Source: Entomortierella parvispora E1425 (taxonomy: Eukaryota; Fungi; Mortierellomycota). Taken from it: DNA of 64,000 nucleotides. The stretch lies in the NCBI GenBank assembly GCA_020891255.1, contig BQFW01000005.1, forward strand, positions 1,736,001 to 1,800,000. Direction: 5' to 3'. Made by a program: the position numbers and the translations under genes. Shown piece by piece: positions 50,802-63,451 of the stretch. How positions within the stretch are numbered: position 1 is the stretch's first letter; each line of letters starts with the position of its first letter. The notes under the pieces were generated by a model that did not search any database, was not told where the DNA came from, and worked only from the letters and a program-made list of their open reading frames with translations.

Positions 50802-53800
50802 TCACTGCTGACGATGATAATGCGACTGTGAACCTCCATACGGATGCTGCTGCTGTTGTTGTGGTTGATGACCAGGGGCCATCGAGGGGGATATGGTAGA
50901 GGACGAAGTAGGAGAGGGAGTCGTTGGGCCCGCGGCTAAAGAGCCTTGTGGATTGTTGGGGTTTGCATTAGCATTCCTGGCCATCATCAGCAAGGTCGAT
51001 GTCGAAATAAAGCCCGAGGGCGAGTTTGCGATCGAGGGAGACAGCAGTGGTGGCGCTAGAGGCGGCGCAGAATACGATGCGCTCTTTGGTGTAGTGACAA
51101 TGACGGGGCCGCTATTCGATCCATGACCTGCATGAGGTGAGCCACTGTTGCTGCTGTTGTTGCGAGATCCAGCCATGGGGGATGCAAAGGGCTTGGTTGA
51201 TCCCGGATGAGACACTGGTTGCACAGGGCGCCCCTGCGATGACAATGGCATCGTTGGAGAAGCTGTACGAGGAGTATTCATTGACTGCGATTTTGGTGGG
51301 CCATGATGCTGGTTGTAGGATGGTGGCTGTTGAGCTCCCGTTCCGTCTGAATGAGAAGATCGAGGTGTTACAGGAGCTGAAGTCAAGGTTGTAGAAGGTG
51401 AAGACTGATTGCCGCCGCTCGAGAGTCGAACATGTTGACTTGTATAAGGGCTGTTTGGAGAGCCAAACTGCTGTTGCTGCTGTTGCTGCTGTTGCTGAGG
51501 CGAGGGAGGCTCTTGTCTGCGCGCCAGCGGCCCTGGTCCATGATCGCGCGATGAAACGTGTTGTGGTTGAGACTTTTGAGAGGACGATGCCAGCTGAATC
51601 TGCATGCGAGCTTTCTGTACTGCAGCAGCTATTTCCGCGGATGTTGTTTGTAGTCTGGGCTGAAAATGTCCAGGCTGTGTCTTGGGCGCTCCTTGAGAAG
51701 ATTGAGAGATACCGACCTGTCCTCCACCTGCAGAGTGCTGTCTTTGATGTGCGGGTGCTTGTGACGGAAGATGCATCCCGGACTTTTGATTTTGGTGTTC
51801 GCCTCCTCCACTAATGTGAGAAGACTCGTGCAAGCCGGGCTGCCGAGGTGACTGGTGAGAGGAAGAGGGTGGTGGTGGCATCATCGAGTGCTGTTGGTGC
51901 CCACTTTGGTTGGGTCCGCTCCCGTAGCTTTGGTTGCTTGTTTCTCCATTATGAATCCCCAAGCCTGCTCCTCCACTGCTACTGTTATTACTGCTACTGT
52001 ACGGGTAATGTACCCCAGCCTTTGGTTGTCCAGGCTGACTCGGGTAGCCCGGGTGTGGCTTTTGAGCGGGGGATTGTTGATGTTGCGCATGTTGAGAACG
52101 AGACGAAGGGTGTTGGGATGCCGTATTGAAGGACTGATTGCGTTGATGCGATGGCTGCTGAGGAGAGCGATATCCCTTGCCTGGCGAGTTCTCCTTTGGA
52201 CTACCGTGAGGATGTTGCTATAGGAAGGAATTACAGCGTTAATGACATTACCTCAAGGACAGGATCTGCTTCAACATTGTTGCAAAACGAACCTGCTTGG
52301 ACCAAGGTCCCTCGGCACGATGTGGACTAGAATGTCGATGCTGCTGTGATCGTGGTGGATGGGCAGGAAGGTGTCCAGTAACGGGATGCAAGGATTGCAT
52401 GGAGCTGCTCGGTGAGGCTCTAGATGAAGTCTTTTCCGACTGGTTCAATCTCCCAGTGAATGCAGCGTGCGCCTGGTGAGGACCATCCATCGACTCCCTT
52501 TCAGATGAACGTTCAGCCGGCTGCGAGGGCGACAAGGTCCGCTTTGAATCCTGCTCTTCAACCTTCAGAGGCTGTCCACCACGGCCTGTCGCTTGAGTAC
52601 TTGGCGTACTAGGGGTGCTAGGGGTACTCGGCGACGTCTTTGGCTCTAGTGCCCTGTCTCGGGCCCCACCACCTCGGGCTACAGAGGGCGACTCAGATCC
52701 TGCCGCAGAGGCACCACGACCACCAGCGTTATTTTGATTGGCGAGACTGGCAGGGTGTGTGCCTGCTGTCATCATGATCTTGTTCTTAACGCTCTTGGCT
52801 CGCACACGGTTGTAGCACTGATACCAAGTACGGGTCTCGACCATCTTTGCAATCTGCTGCCATGAATTTCCAAAGGTATGGTAGGCCTCCACCAGCTTTT
52901 CATCTTCAGCAGCCGTCCAAGGCAATCGATTGATCTGAGGGTCCAGATCCGTCTGCCACTTTTGCATACACTGCTTGGCATTGCGACCAGGAACCTTCAT
53001 GGCGATCGCATGCCAGTTTTCGCTTGACAAATCGCGGACGGCTTCCAAAAGAATCTCTTCCTCGGCACTCGTCCAAGTGCCCTTCTTGAGAACGTCCTCT
53101 GTCTTGGGCTCTTCATTTTCGCGGCCAGGAGGAGGGCCTGCACTGATACTCCGTGGGCCTGAATTAGCGCCCCGTGAACCCTGAGAACCTCCGGTCATGG
53201 GTGGTGAGAAGTGGTAATGCCTGACTTTCTTGACGCCCGGGCCGGTTCCACGAGTATTTGCATCACCTGGCTTTTGAGCTGAGCTCTGTTGAGCAGAGTC
53301 TTGTCCATTGGCATCTGAGGGTCGAGTGGAACGAATAAATGAGTTAGATCCAAATGCCATCGTGGATGAACTGGAATTACTGCGACCACCTATTTCACCA
53401 GAGTGCTTGGTTCTGGCCCAGACGATGGGAAGTTTTCTATTACTATCTGCAGCACCGCCGTTACTCTTACCAGAATGCACCAAAGTAATCTTGAGAGGAC
53501 GACCTCGATTGGGACTGGGAACTCCTGTGGCTGCCTGACTTGAAGGGGTCGTATTACCCTCCTCAGCGTCTGCGGTATTGGACTGCTCAGACTTGAGCTG
53601 TGAGAGATCGTTGGCACGTTCCTGTCGCATCCTCTTTTTAGCAAGTCTGCGTTCAATGCGTGCTTTAGCCCGCTCAGATTCGTGTTCGTGGTCCCTGTCT
53701 CTCTTATCGCGGCGAGCCATGGAGTCATCCGCATCTCCATCAACATCTTCCGCATAGCCAGGCTCTCGTTGTGTACGATGATCCCGATCGGTCTTTGGTC

Positions 53801-54842
53801 TCTTGGAAAGGTGCCTGTCTCTGTCTCTGTCCCTTCCATGTTCCTCTGGACCGCTATCTCTGTCCCGAGAATCTCGACGTTTGTTCGACTTTGCACTATT
53901 TCGGTGACTGCGGCTCAAATGCTCAGGCGTTGATCCAGATGAGGGCTCTTCCAATTTGTCTGGGGTTGCGTAGGGATTATAGACATAGGGCGGGGGGTAG
54001 GGGTAGGCAAAGTCACCATAGCACTCACGGTGTACCTCTTCCTGCTCCTTAAAGTAGCGACTGGTATTGTTTTGCAGAGAAGGGAAAAGGCTGTGACGTG
54101 CAGGCAAGATCTTGATTCTGGGATCGGAGTCATAGGCCTCATCCTCATCGCTCATGTCGATATTCAGATCCAGATCCACAGCAAACCAAGTGTTGTCCTG
54201 GTAGAATGTGAACGCCTTCTTGTTCATATCCAATGCTGAACGGCGCACCTCCAGATCGAGAGCCAGATGGTCGGTAGCACAAGAGAAGGCATAAAGTAGC
54301 TGAGCTGTTTTGAGGGGTGACCGCGAGACTAGCGACTTCATCTGCTCATAAATGCTGAGAAGGTCGTCGTCCAACATAATGTCGTCGAGCTGGGGTCGGA
54401 AAAGCACTGACGGGTAGTTGTTTGCATGCATGTCCTCATCCTCCAGGAGTTCTCGAGCCTCCTCAACGACTGTGGCCGAGTCGGTTTGTACTTGGTCTTT
54501 GACCTCATCCTTTGACGATGCTGATGTTGAGGATGTGAGTCCCGCACCTTTTCGCTCCTGTTGCGCTCCTTCGCTATCGGATGGCTTTCCAGGGATCGAA
54601 GCAGCCGCCTTGGCTGTGGTTGATTTTGAAGTCAAGGTTTGAGTTTTGTGTGCAGGGGTGTGACTCGGGATGGTGTCGGAGGCAGAGGGCCCACTGGAGG
54701 GTTTAGAGGCCTTCATGGGATTGTCGCTTTCCACAGCGGTCATTGAGATAGGCCAAATAGGACTAGAGTATACAGAGAAGGAGAGCGCATACGGGTCAGG
54801 TCCTGCTGCTGTTCGACTGCAGCTGCATTGCATCATATGCAT
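50802..54842 (-). CDS. R2R3 Myb-like DNA-binding protein with long disordered flanks; start codon uncertain
   Basis: Tandem Myb repeats KKGTWTSAEEEILL...W..IA..VPGRNAKQCMQKW and RLPWTAAEDEKL...GNSWQQIA..VETRT..QCYNR. One intron (52292-52218) joins the two long ORFs. In-frame ATGs occur near 54842, 54744 and 54717. Confidence 0.85.
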
Positions 54843-55615
54843 GGCAGAGAAGGCCCATGTCGCAGCATTTGTTGCAGTTGTTACCAAGATGGATGATGAG
54901 GCAGCTCTAGGGCCAGTCTCCGTCAATCAAAGGGAAAGAGAGAGAGGTCAAGTGATCAAGAGATTAACTCGCGCAGACAGATGGGCGTCGAGAAGAGATG
55001 AGATTACAAAATCGAGAGGGATGATGAGAAATAAAAATGTCGACTAGAAGACGCGACCGCTCTTCCGCAGAGGCTACACGGCCTAGGCTGTCCGTCCGGA
55101 AACGATTTCCATGCCATCGTAACGACGCTCTGTATTCCATGCATGTGCAGGTGTTAACACTCTAGTCGTCCCGTGACTCGTGAGTGGTTTGTGACCTGTC
55201 CTCCACACCACGTGACCAACAGCAGTCCGAACCTGAACCTCCCAAAAGGTGAAAAAGTGATTCTTCGGAAACCAAGAAAGCTGGCCTCCAGGGACAATTT
55301 GTCATATCGCCCATACACCCATACATATCTTTCTGCATTCTTCCATTCCCGGCGCTCCTTCTCTTCATTCGCCCATTTGCTGCTCCTTCATTGTCCTCGG
55401 CATCAGGATTCTCTTTTCATCCATCCCCAAGTCATCACCAGGTACATTTTAGATCCCTTCCGCCTTGATCTACTGCGCTGATCAGTCAACTCCTCTTTCG
55501 ATACTAACTGCACTCTTTTTCCTCCTCGTCCTCCAACTACAAAAAAATACCATACCCCATCTACCGGCAACTCCCTAGACTCTCACACACAACCTCCCTC
55601 TAATATTACCCCACA

Positions 55616-56029
55616 ATGTCATACACTCGTCAAGAAGAAGAAGGCAAGGACGTGATCATCTTCATGGAGCCTTCCGCCGCCACCACCCCCGATAAACCCA
55701 CCTCTTCCTCTTCAGAATCCAAGGACCAGTCCGCTGCCTTCAACCCCGAGACTGGCGAGATCAACTGGGATTGCCCTTGCCTCGGAGGTATGGCCCAGCC
55801 CCCCTGCGGCGATGCATTCAAGGAGGCCTTCTCTTGCTTTGTCTACTCGACTGCTGAGCCCAAGGGTGTTGACTGTGTTGAAAAGTTCAAGGCCATGCAG
55901 GACTGCTTCCGCGCCAACCCAGAAGCCTACGCTGATCAACTCGATGACGACGATGATGATGACGAGGAGGAGGCTGAAGGCAGTGATGAGAAGAAGGATG
56001 TCAAGGAGGACGACGTCAAGAACGTCTAA
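55616..56029 (+). CDS. MIA40: Mitochondrial intermembrane-space import oxidoreductase Mia40/CHCHD4, short soluble form
   Basis: [13 protein letters not shown] (CPC active site) plus a twin CX9C ([22 protein letters not shown]) and an acidic tail; 137 aa. Confidence 0.95.
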   Translation: MSYTRQEEEGKDVIIFMEPSAATTPDKPTSSSSESKDQSAAFNPETGEINWDCPCLGGMAQPPCGDAFKEAFSCFVYSTAEPKGVDCVEKFKAMQDCFRANPEAYADQLDDDDDDDEEEAEGSDEKKDVKEDDVKNV

Positions 56030-56240
56030 AATCACCAGTGGATTCATATTTCCCTCTAATTCCTTCATCTCGTACCTGAAGCCAATTGCATTTCAATCAT
56101 CATTTTTCACAATAAAAAACATAGAATCACAAGCAAGAGTGAATACAGATGGATATAGCATAGAGGATGATGCAACAGAATGATGCAAAAGAATGATGTT
56201 TTTTTTATAAGGTCTATGTACTTTGTAAGATTCCAGGACC

Positions 56241-58407
56241 CTAGCTGCCCTGAATGCTCTGAACGAGCAGATAAAAGTTCAAACCAAGGAGGACAATGCT
56301 GATCACCACCGAGATACCGACCAACCACCATGTGTTCGCAAAGTTGTGAAGCAGCACTTTTGGTTCCCGAGCACCAGAGTTGGCATTGGTTGACTCGACG
56401 CGATGTTCCTCGTCCACAGGTTGAGTATCCACCGGCAAAGGGTTGTTCTCAAGGATTGTGGTATCGGGTAAGGTGGGACTGGCAGGGGCTTCACTTTTCT
56501 TGGATCCGTCTGAAAGAAAGCCGTACTTCAGCTGACCAGGCTCGTCCGAGTTGTCTTGAACCGGGATAGTCATGCATCGGCTCATGCTCGTGAAGATGAC
56601 CAATGGAATGACGGCAAATGGCAATTGGATACTGAGCGCGACTTGACTGGCCAACAAGAGATCTGCCAGTCCATTCTGGCCCTTGATGATAACAATAACG
56701 AGTGCGGGGATGATCGCCAGACAACGCGTCAGCAAACGACGAACCCAAGGCTTCAAGTAGGACTCGCCCAAGAAACCCTCCATGATGATTTGACCAGCCA
56801 AGGTAGCTGTTAATGTTGAAGACTGTCCTGCCATGAGCAAAGCAATCGCAAAGACATATCCGGCTGCCTTTCCGAGGTACTGGGACAAGAGGTGGAACGC
56901 GTCAAAGAAATCTGCGAGTCCAGAGGTGTCCTGGTCGGGGTACTTGTACTTGAAGGTCGCTGCAGAGACAATCAAAATTGCAGAGTTCACATACAAGGCA
57001 AAGGTCAGGGCCACAGTCGAGTCCCAGAATGTGTACTTGAGAGTGCGACGGATGGTCGAGTGTTTGATCGAAATGGCACCCTTGTCTTCATCTGCGAGCT
57101 CCATCTGTTCACGTTGCTCCATGGTCATCAGATCTGAGCTAGAGGACATGGAAGCTTGACTGCTTGCCAACTTGTTGAGTTCGCGACTGGTTCTCAGCTT
57201 GACAATGCTCGAGTGTAGATAGAGGTTGTGAGGCATGACAGTTGCACCAATGATGCCAATGGCCAAATAAAGGGCCTCCTTGTTGGTCAAAATCTCAATG
57301 TTTGGCAAGAACCCCTTGAAGACATCTTTGGCAACGGGCTGAGAGTAGACAATCTCAGCCGTGAAGCAGATACCGACAGAGGACACTAGCAGGATCACAA
57401 GTGCTTCAAAGAGTCGACGCGACTTTACGGACTGATCGTCCCGGAAGGCAAACAAGATGATAAGCACATCCAAGGCCGTGATCACCACACCCCAGGGCAG
57501 TGGGATCTTGAAGAGCAAGTTGAGTGCAATAGCACTTCCAATGACCTCAGCCAAATCACAGGCGATAATGGCCAACTCAGCAAGGACGTACAGACCCCAG
57601 TTGACGTATTTCGGGCAGAACTTACGGCAGGCTTGGGCGAGGTCTACACACAGGGTTAAGGAAAGGGGACGATGTAAGTGCCTTTGGTTCAATGTGTCAC
57701 CACCCGGGAGAATACTTCAATGGCAATTGACACTTACCGAGGCCTGAAACAACTCCCAGTTTGACAGCGAGACCCTGTAGGACGACGGCCATGAGATTGG
57801 AGAGTAAGATGATGAAGAGGAGCATGTAGCCAAAGCTGGAGCCACCAGCCAAGTCAGTAGCCCAGTTGCCTGGATCCATGTAACCGACGCTAACAACTGA
57901 GAGAACAGGCGAGAGATCAGCATGGGTGATAGAGAGTCCTTTGATGGAGGACCATCGACCGGGCGGCAACAACACGAGGGGGCCCTTTTTTTGCCACGAT
58001 AACAAAGGTAAAACGGAACAAAGCAGTAGCGCTCACAAGGTTTTGGAGGAAGGTACGAAGTATGAACTTTGGTGCTGCCTCCCGTTCGGGTGTCCACGGG
58101 CATTGTTGACGCACGTATGACAATAAATACATGGTGCGAAGTCCACATGTTCAGAGAGCGATGGGACAGCGCGGGGTAGCAGATGGGGGCTCATGCGCGT
58201 AAACTTACTGTAGCCTGGTCCTACGAATGCCATGAAGCGCTTGGTTCTTGCCATCAGAGTCTGGAACTTGGTTGGCCGTGGCTGCTGCAAGTGGTCGTGT
58301 GCGTGTACTTGTTGCGTCTGGGCCAGAGGACGGGGATCATCAAGAGTCGCCGTGGGGCTATTGGAAGAAGTCCTCCCGGCGGCGGTATTGTTGTTCAAGC
58401 CGAACAT
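56241..58407 (-). CDS. SMF1: NRAMP/SMF divalent metal transporter
   Basis: Exons 58407-58209, 57896-57738 and 57643-56241. Motifs VGYMDPGNW (DPGN), [25 protein letters not shown] and [20 protein letters not shown]. Assignment among SMF paralogues is not resolvable. Confidence 0.93.
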
Positions 58408-61133
58408 GGTTGAGAGGAGGGAGTGAAGAGTGAAGAGTGCAAAGTGAAGAGTGCAAAGTGAAGAGGAGAAAGGATTCGAACTACGAAGAAGAAATCCAAA
58501 AGACCCCAAAGAGAGGACAGGAGAAGAGGGAAGAGGGGTCGGTTTTGTCGGCGGTGGAAGTCGAGGACCGAGAGGGAGAGAGAGAAGAGACGCGAGGGAT
58601 GGATGAATGAGGATGGAAGAGAGAAGAGCGGATGGATGCAAGGGACCTAGAAGAAGGACTATATAGAAGAGCAAGAAGCAACAATATAAAAAGAATAAAC
58701 GAAACCGGTGGATTATTGTGTACCCGCAAGGTCGGGGCGGGGATGAAGTCAGTGAGTCTGTCTGTCTGTCTGGAAGCAAAGGTGCAAGTCAACGAGCGGG
58801 GTTGGCAGCGGCACATGGATGTAGACTCACTCATAAATGCACCTCCCTCATCGTCATCGCCATCCCCACGAGGTGCATCTTTTACCCAGTCTTTCCGCTC
58901 TTGCTCCTTTTGTGCAGTGTCCCCGCCCTCAGGCATGCCTCGACTGGCCTGGACCCAAGTTGCACAACCTTGAGCAGGTAGAGGATTGGATGGCCCGTTT
59001 TCTGTGTGTATGATTGTCCCAAGGTCTCGTTCCACTGCACGGCTCTCCCAGGGTGCGATCGGAGGGGAAGGGTGCAGGCGCAAATCCGCAATTGGCGGTG
59101 AACGGGAAGAGATCATAAGGAAACAATAACGGGCGTGGCCCATTGGTCGCCTTTTTCTCAGTGACCTGCGCCAACCCTCCTTTCTGCGTGTCGCGCACAC
59201 GAGTCGCAAAAGTATCGCCATTGGCCGTGTTCTCCGCCTGCATGCCTGCTTGCTTGTCAGTCTGGAAGAAAAGCGCAGAAAAAAAAAGAGAGAGACGCCA
59301 GCCCTCCTTGGGTGCCTGCATCCCTCCAAGGAGCAGACCCCTATCCCGAAATGAGCATTCCTCAAAAGAGGGCCATTGCGCATCTCTTTCGGATATTACC
59401 GTGTCTGTCTTGAGAGACCAGTGCTCCCAATGACAACCCCAGAGGAATCTCGATGGATGCTGTACTTGTCGAAGGTGCCAACAAAAGCGTCATGACACCC
59501 TCTGACGTGCTGAGAGTGCTCATCATAGACTACCAGCACTGCAAAGGGGGAAGACAGTTTGCGTCTTGACTTGTTTCCCCTCAGTAAACTTTCTGTTATA
59601 TAATACCCTCACATAACCACCAGAGAGCAGTCCAGGTCATGTTGAAACTTGAACGGTGAACGCGAGGCGTTTCTACGTCATCTGAACGTCAAGCACATGG
59701 TCAGGCTTTATATCCAAACTCATTTAGAGGCCAAATGCATCCAGCAGGGTGAAAATATTTCTAATAGTCGGTTAGTGCTTCATGATGATATGTGGAGGAG
59801 GAGGAGGTCCTCGAACACGTGTTTGTTATACGCTGGCTTGTTTTCCGCCGTCGGTCAGTCTACAGGATTCAGCCATGTGCAGATCAAACTGCGCGCCACA
59901 TTTTCTTCGCAGCTCATTACCGCCAGCTGCAGGGACGCGGGATGGGGGAGAGGAGAGAAAATGGTAGCAAGGAAACGGTCAGATGAGTCGCCAACTATGT
60001 ATTTACCCTGAACAGAATAAGATTGTAGATTGCGTCCAAGGAGGATCTCAACCGCGAAACTGATGCATATAGGCGGATCGGCACGCTTTTGAACACTCTT
60101 GTCACATTCACCCCGTTCAAACCCCAGCAAAGCTCTACCTGTTAGATTTACATGGGTGTACGAGAACAGAGTTGGTCACCAATAATCCCCTTTTAAAAAA
60201 ACAGAGATCTAAGTACGAAAACCTTTTGGGGATATGCTTGGCAGCTTGTTCCTCATCCCTTCTATTGAGACATTCTGCAGCTGGTGAACCTCTCTTGGCC
60301 AGATCTTCTCGAGGCAACTGCCGGTATCTCGGAGGCATTGTCATCTTTAGCTCGGGAATGAGCTTTTCCTTCCATTCGTTCTGTAGCTGCTTTTCAAGGG
60401 ATTCATCAAACCCTCTTAGACCTCGACCTGATACGATGTAGTCCTCAGTAGAAAGTTAGTCTTCATTGAGAGCGGCAGCGGAGCAATCGTATCTTTGATC
60501 GCTGCCGGAAGCGAGTTTTTCATGCTTCGCTACAGCGGAACATAACAACATAACACTTGGTTATTCTCGTACCATTCAACGACTCTTACAGGCAAGCACA
60601 TGTGGAATCAAGGCAACATTCTGAAAGAGTGCCTCCGACATACATTTCCCAATCATTATGTCACTTTACCTGTGTCACGTTCTCGCATCAAACGACATGA
60701 AGTTCACTGACCCGTCATCTGGGAATGGTGGGAATGGTCACGAGGACAGTGCTTGGCGGCACTTGGGCTGGGGATGAGATGTGTGGACCGCGTCTGGGAC
60801 GACAGCAATTGCGGCATTGCAGCGCTGGACTTTTGAGGTCACGCAGCAACGCGTTTTCGATGCCGGCCTATCTTATTGCCAAACATAAGGGTTCAGCCGA
60901 TCCTCTGGGGCTTGCAGCTTTTGATGCAACAATTGGAAGACCAAGTCCAGCTGTGAAATCACCGGAATTAACAATCGATAAATTCAGCCACGGGCGATAT
61001 GTCAATACTGGGGTTCATAATCCTCGTTCAGTTTAGTATTACATATTGTGATCAACTATTTTAAATAACAACATAACGTCTTCACTTTTTTTTCTCATCC
61101 TTTTTTTTTCTTTTGATATCATGTCGAGATTGG

Positions 61134-62880
61134 TCACACTGGTCGGGAATGATTGGGGACTGGGGGTGACGCGGGATCGGTATGGGGCGACCCATATGAG
61201 CTGTTGGTGGGGTTGGTGAACGTGTACTCGGGCAAGGCGGTACCAGTAACACTTCCCGAGATACCGCCGCCGCCATAACTGCTACCATAGCTGCCGCTGC
61301 CTCCTGCAGGACTCGACCCATAGCCATATCCAGTGGCATATCCCTGTGAAGCAGCGGCAGAGCTGGTCGCATTATCCACGGAAGGTTCAGGGGCAGAAGG
61401 TCGCACTTCTGGATTTCGCATCAAGGGTGAGGGGTTCTTGACAGGTGGGACGAACGGCCTTGGTTCCCAAACATTGGGAACAGGGGGGAGCGGAGCATCC
61501 AAAGAGTCTGAGACTTTTGCTTCCATGGGCTTTACGGTTGTCACAACACTGGGTCGTGGATGTGATGAAAAGTTGAATTGCTGCAGGAGTTCCGCTTGCA
61601 CAGACTGAACAGGAGGCTGAGTCGAAGCCGTCGCATAGGGGTTGCTTCCTGGCGGTGCAAATGCAGGCTGAGATTGAGGTTGGACGTAAGGATATCCTCC
61701 AGGCTGTTGATACGCAAGCTGCGAGGGCTGTGGCTGGTAGTAGGAATGGGGCTGAGGTTGTGGCTGTGGCTGGGGTTGCGAGTAGGCGGGATGTCCTGCA
61801 GGAACAATGGGTGCAATTGCCTGTGCCTGTGCCAGCGCCGGTCTAAAGTGCTGCTGGTGTTGCTCATAGGTCACTGCTGCTTGGTTTGCAGTCGGGGGTT
61901 TAGGCCCAGAGCTAGTCATTGCAGGTTTGGGTCCCGCGGCAGCAGTGGTGGCAGCCTGTACCGCATCTGCCTTGTTCCTGCGCTTTCGGAGCACAAAGAA
62001 GATCACAAGCCCAATAACGATAAGGGCTACAATAATTCCAATGATCAGTCCGGTGCTGGAAGATGAGGATGAAGACGAGCCACTTCCTGATGGTGCGTAT
62101 GAGGGTGTTGGGGCAGGACGACTTGAAGGGGATGGATTGACGCCAAATGAGCCAGCGACAGACACTACTTTTGATGTATTCTGATAAGTTGGTACGGTAC
62201 TTCCCAATGAGATACTGGCAACACCTCCCAACTTGTCGGCGTAAAAGATAAATGGGGCTTGGCCGTTGATGTTGGCAACTGGGACAATAGAGACGGGAGA
62301 GGAGATAGCACCATAAACCTCGGTGTATGTAGTGTACGCGCCGGCTCCGCTCGGATCAAAGACGATAATCTTGGTGTAGCCAGTGCTTGGCTACAGACAA
62401 AGAGCATCTACGGTGGTTAGAGTCTTTTTTTTCGGTGATTGAGAGCCACACAAAGACCTCCAGAAAGAACATGAAGAGACACTTACAGAACAAGCGATAA
62501 CAATTTTGCTGCCCATCGAATACATCTGGACACGAAGAAGAGTGGAGCTGGCACAGTTTGTGCCGACGATTGTGGCATCATAAGCCTTGGGAGTAGTGTT
62601 AGGCATGGTGAGCGTGGCACTTGGGAGGGGTAAAGCGGTCAAAAAATTCGAAGATCCATAGTATCCCAAGGAATAAATGCTCCCGTTGGCATAGCTCAAG
62701 GCCATAGGTCTGCCATAAGTGGCTGCGGCCTAATTGAACAGAGAGAGGGGGGAACCGAGTGAGCAGATGCAATGGTCCATTCAAAATCGAGGGGTGGGAT
62801 AGGCCAAAAACTCCTTACCCAACCCCATGGAGCACTCTGGGTTATCGGTAAGGGGATGCGGGCAGCCTGGTTTAAGGTTG
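61134..62880 (-). CDS. Single-pass membrane protein with a beta-rich extracellular region and Pro/Gln-rich cytoplasmic tail; 5' end not found
   Basis: Exons 62880-62819, 62729-62487 and 62390-61134 splice in frame. Ser-rich linker, TM GLIIGIIVALIVIGLVIFFVL and basic stop-transfer RKRRNK. The first visible exon starts at an acceptor, with no identifiable upstream exon or signal peptide. Confidence 0.7.
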
Positions 62881-63268
62881 CTACATAAAAACTAGTGGCT
62901 GTAACCGGCTAATTTTTCTTAGGCGGTCAATTGGTTCGCACTAACAGTTCTTCGCCAGCTAAACTTGACCGACGAACTTCTTGGTTAAGCAAATGGTTGT
63001 TTTGACGTTAATTTCGCCGAAGTTTTAGTCAGCGGGAGACATGGTCAAAGAAATCTTAGCCCGCGGTTAAATGGGCCATTAAGGGTGAAATGGAGAGTTT
63101 TTGTCTGTTCTTTCAGTTGCGTTGCACTGATTGAAGGTATTGCACTGTTGTGAAGCACAGAGGCGTCTGGCCTTTAGCAATGGTGTCCGACATTTAAAAG
63201 AGAAAACTTTTTGTTTTTTTCTTCGTCAAAATCGCGTGTGATCGTCTGATGGACGAGGCAGTGGAGAT

Positions 63269-63451
63269 TTTTTTTTTTTTTTTTTTTGCAACATTTTATT
63301 TGCTATGTCGAGCCAAAGAAGTGAAGTGCGAGACCAAACTATCTACAACCTGAGCAAAGCCGCGTGGTCCAGACGACAAATGACCCCGGATCCCCGCGCA
63401 ACAAATGCCACGGCTCGTCACCGTGTAATAAAGAAGAGTAAAATGTGTAAA
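63269..63451 (-). mobile_element. Short retroposed copy of the LINE 3'UTR and poly(A), flanked by a 16-bp target-site duplication
   Basis: ACGAGGCAGTGGAGAT at 63253-63268 and 63452-63467 flanks a T20 tract plus about 160 nt. That segment matches the reverse complement of 14983-15142 with 2 substitutions and 1 indel. Confidence 0.95.

Noticed and set aside
58423-58466. Short imperfect repeat (GTGAAGAGTGCAAA-like, 2-3 copies) upstream of the NRAMP start codon
   Set aside because: Reads as a pyrimidine-rich 5' leader slippage repeat; too short and irregular to support a regulatory claim.
59400-60500. Fragmentary protein-like frames, possibly an eroded Crinkler or NTPase gene
   Set aside because: Many stops and no diagnostic motif; cannot be supported without a homology search.
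62881-63250. Possible DNA-transposon or Helitron end (ACTAGT near 62891)
   Set aside because: No matching inverted terminus, clear subterminal hairpin or TSD was found.
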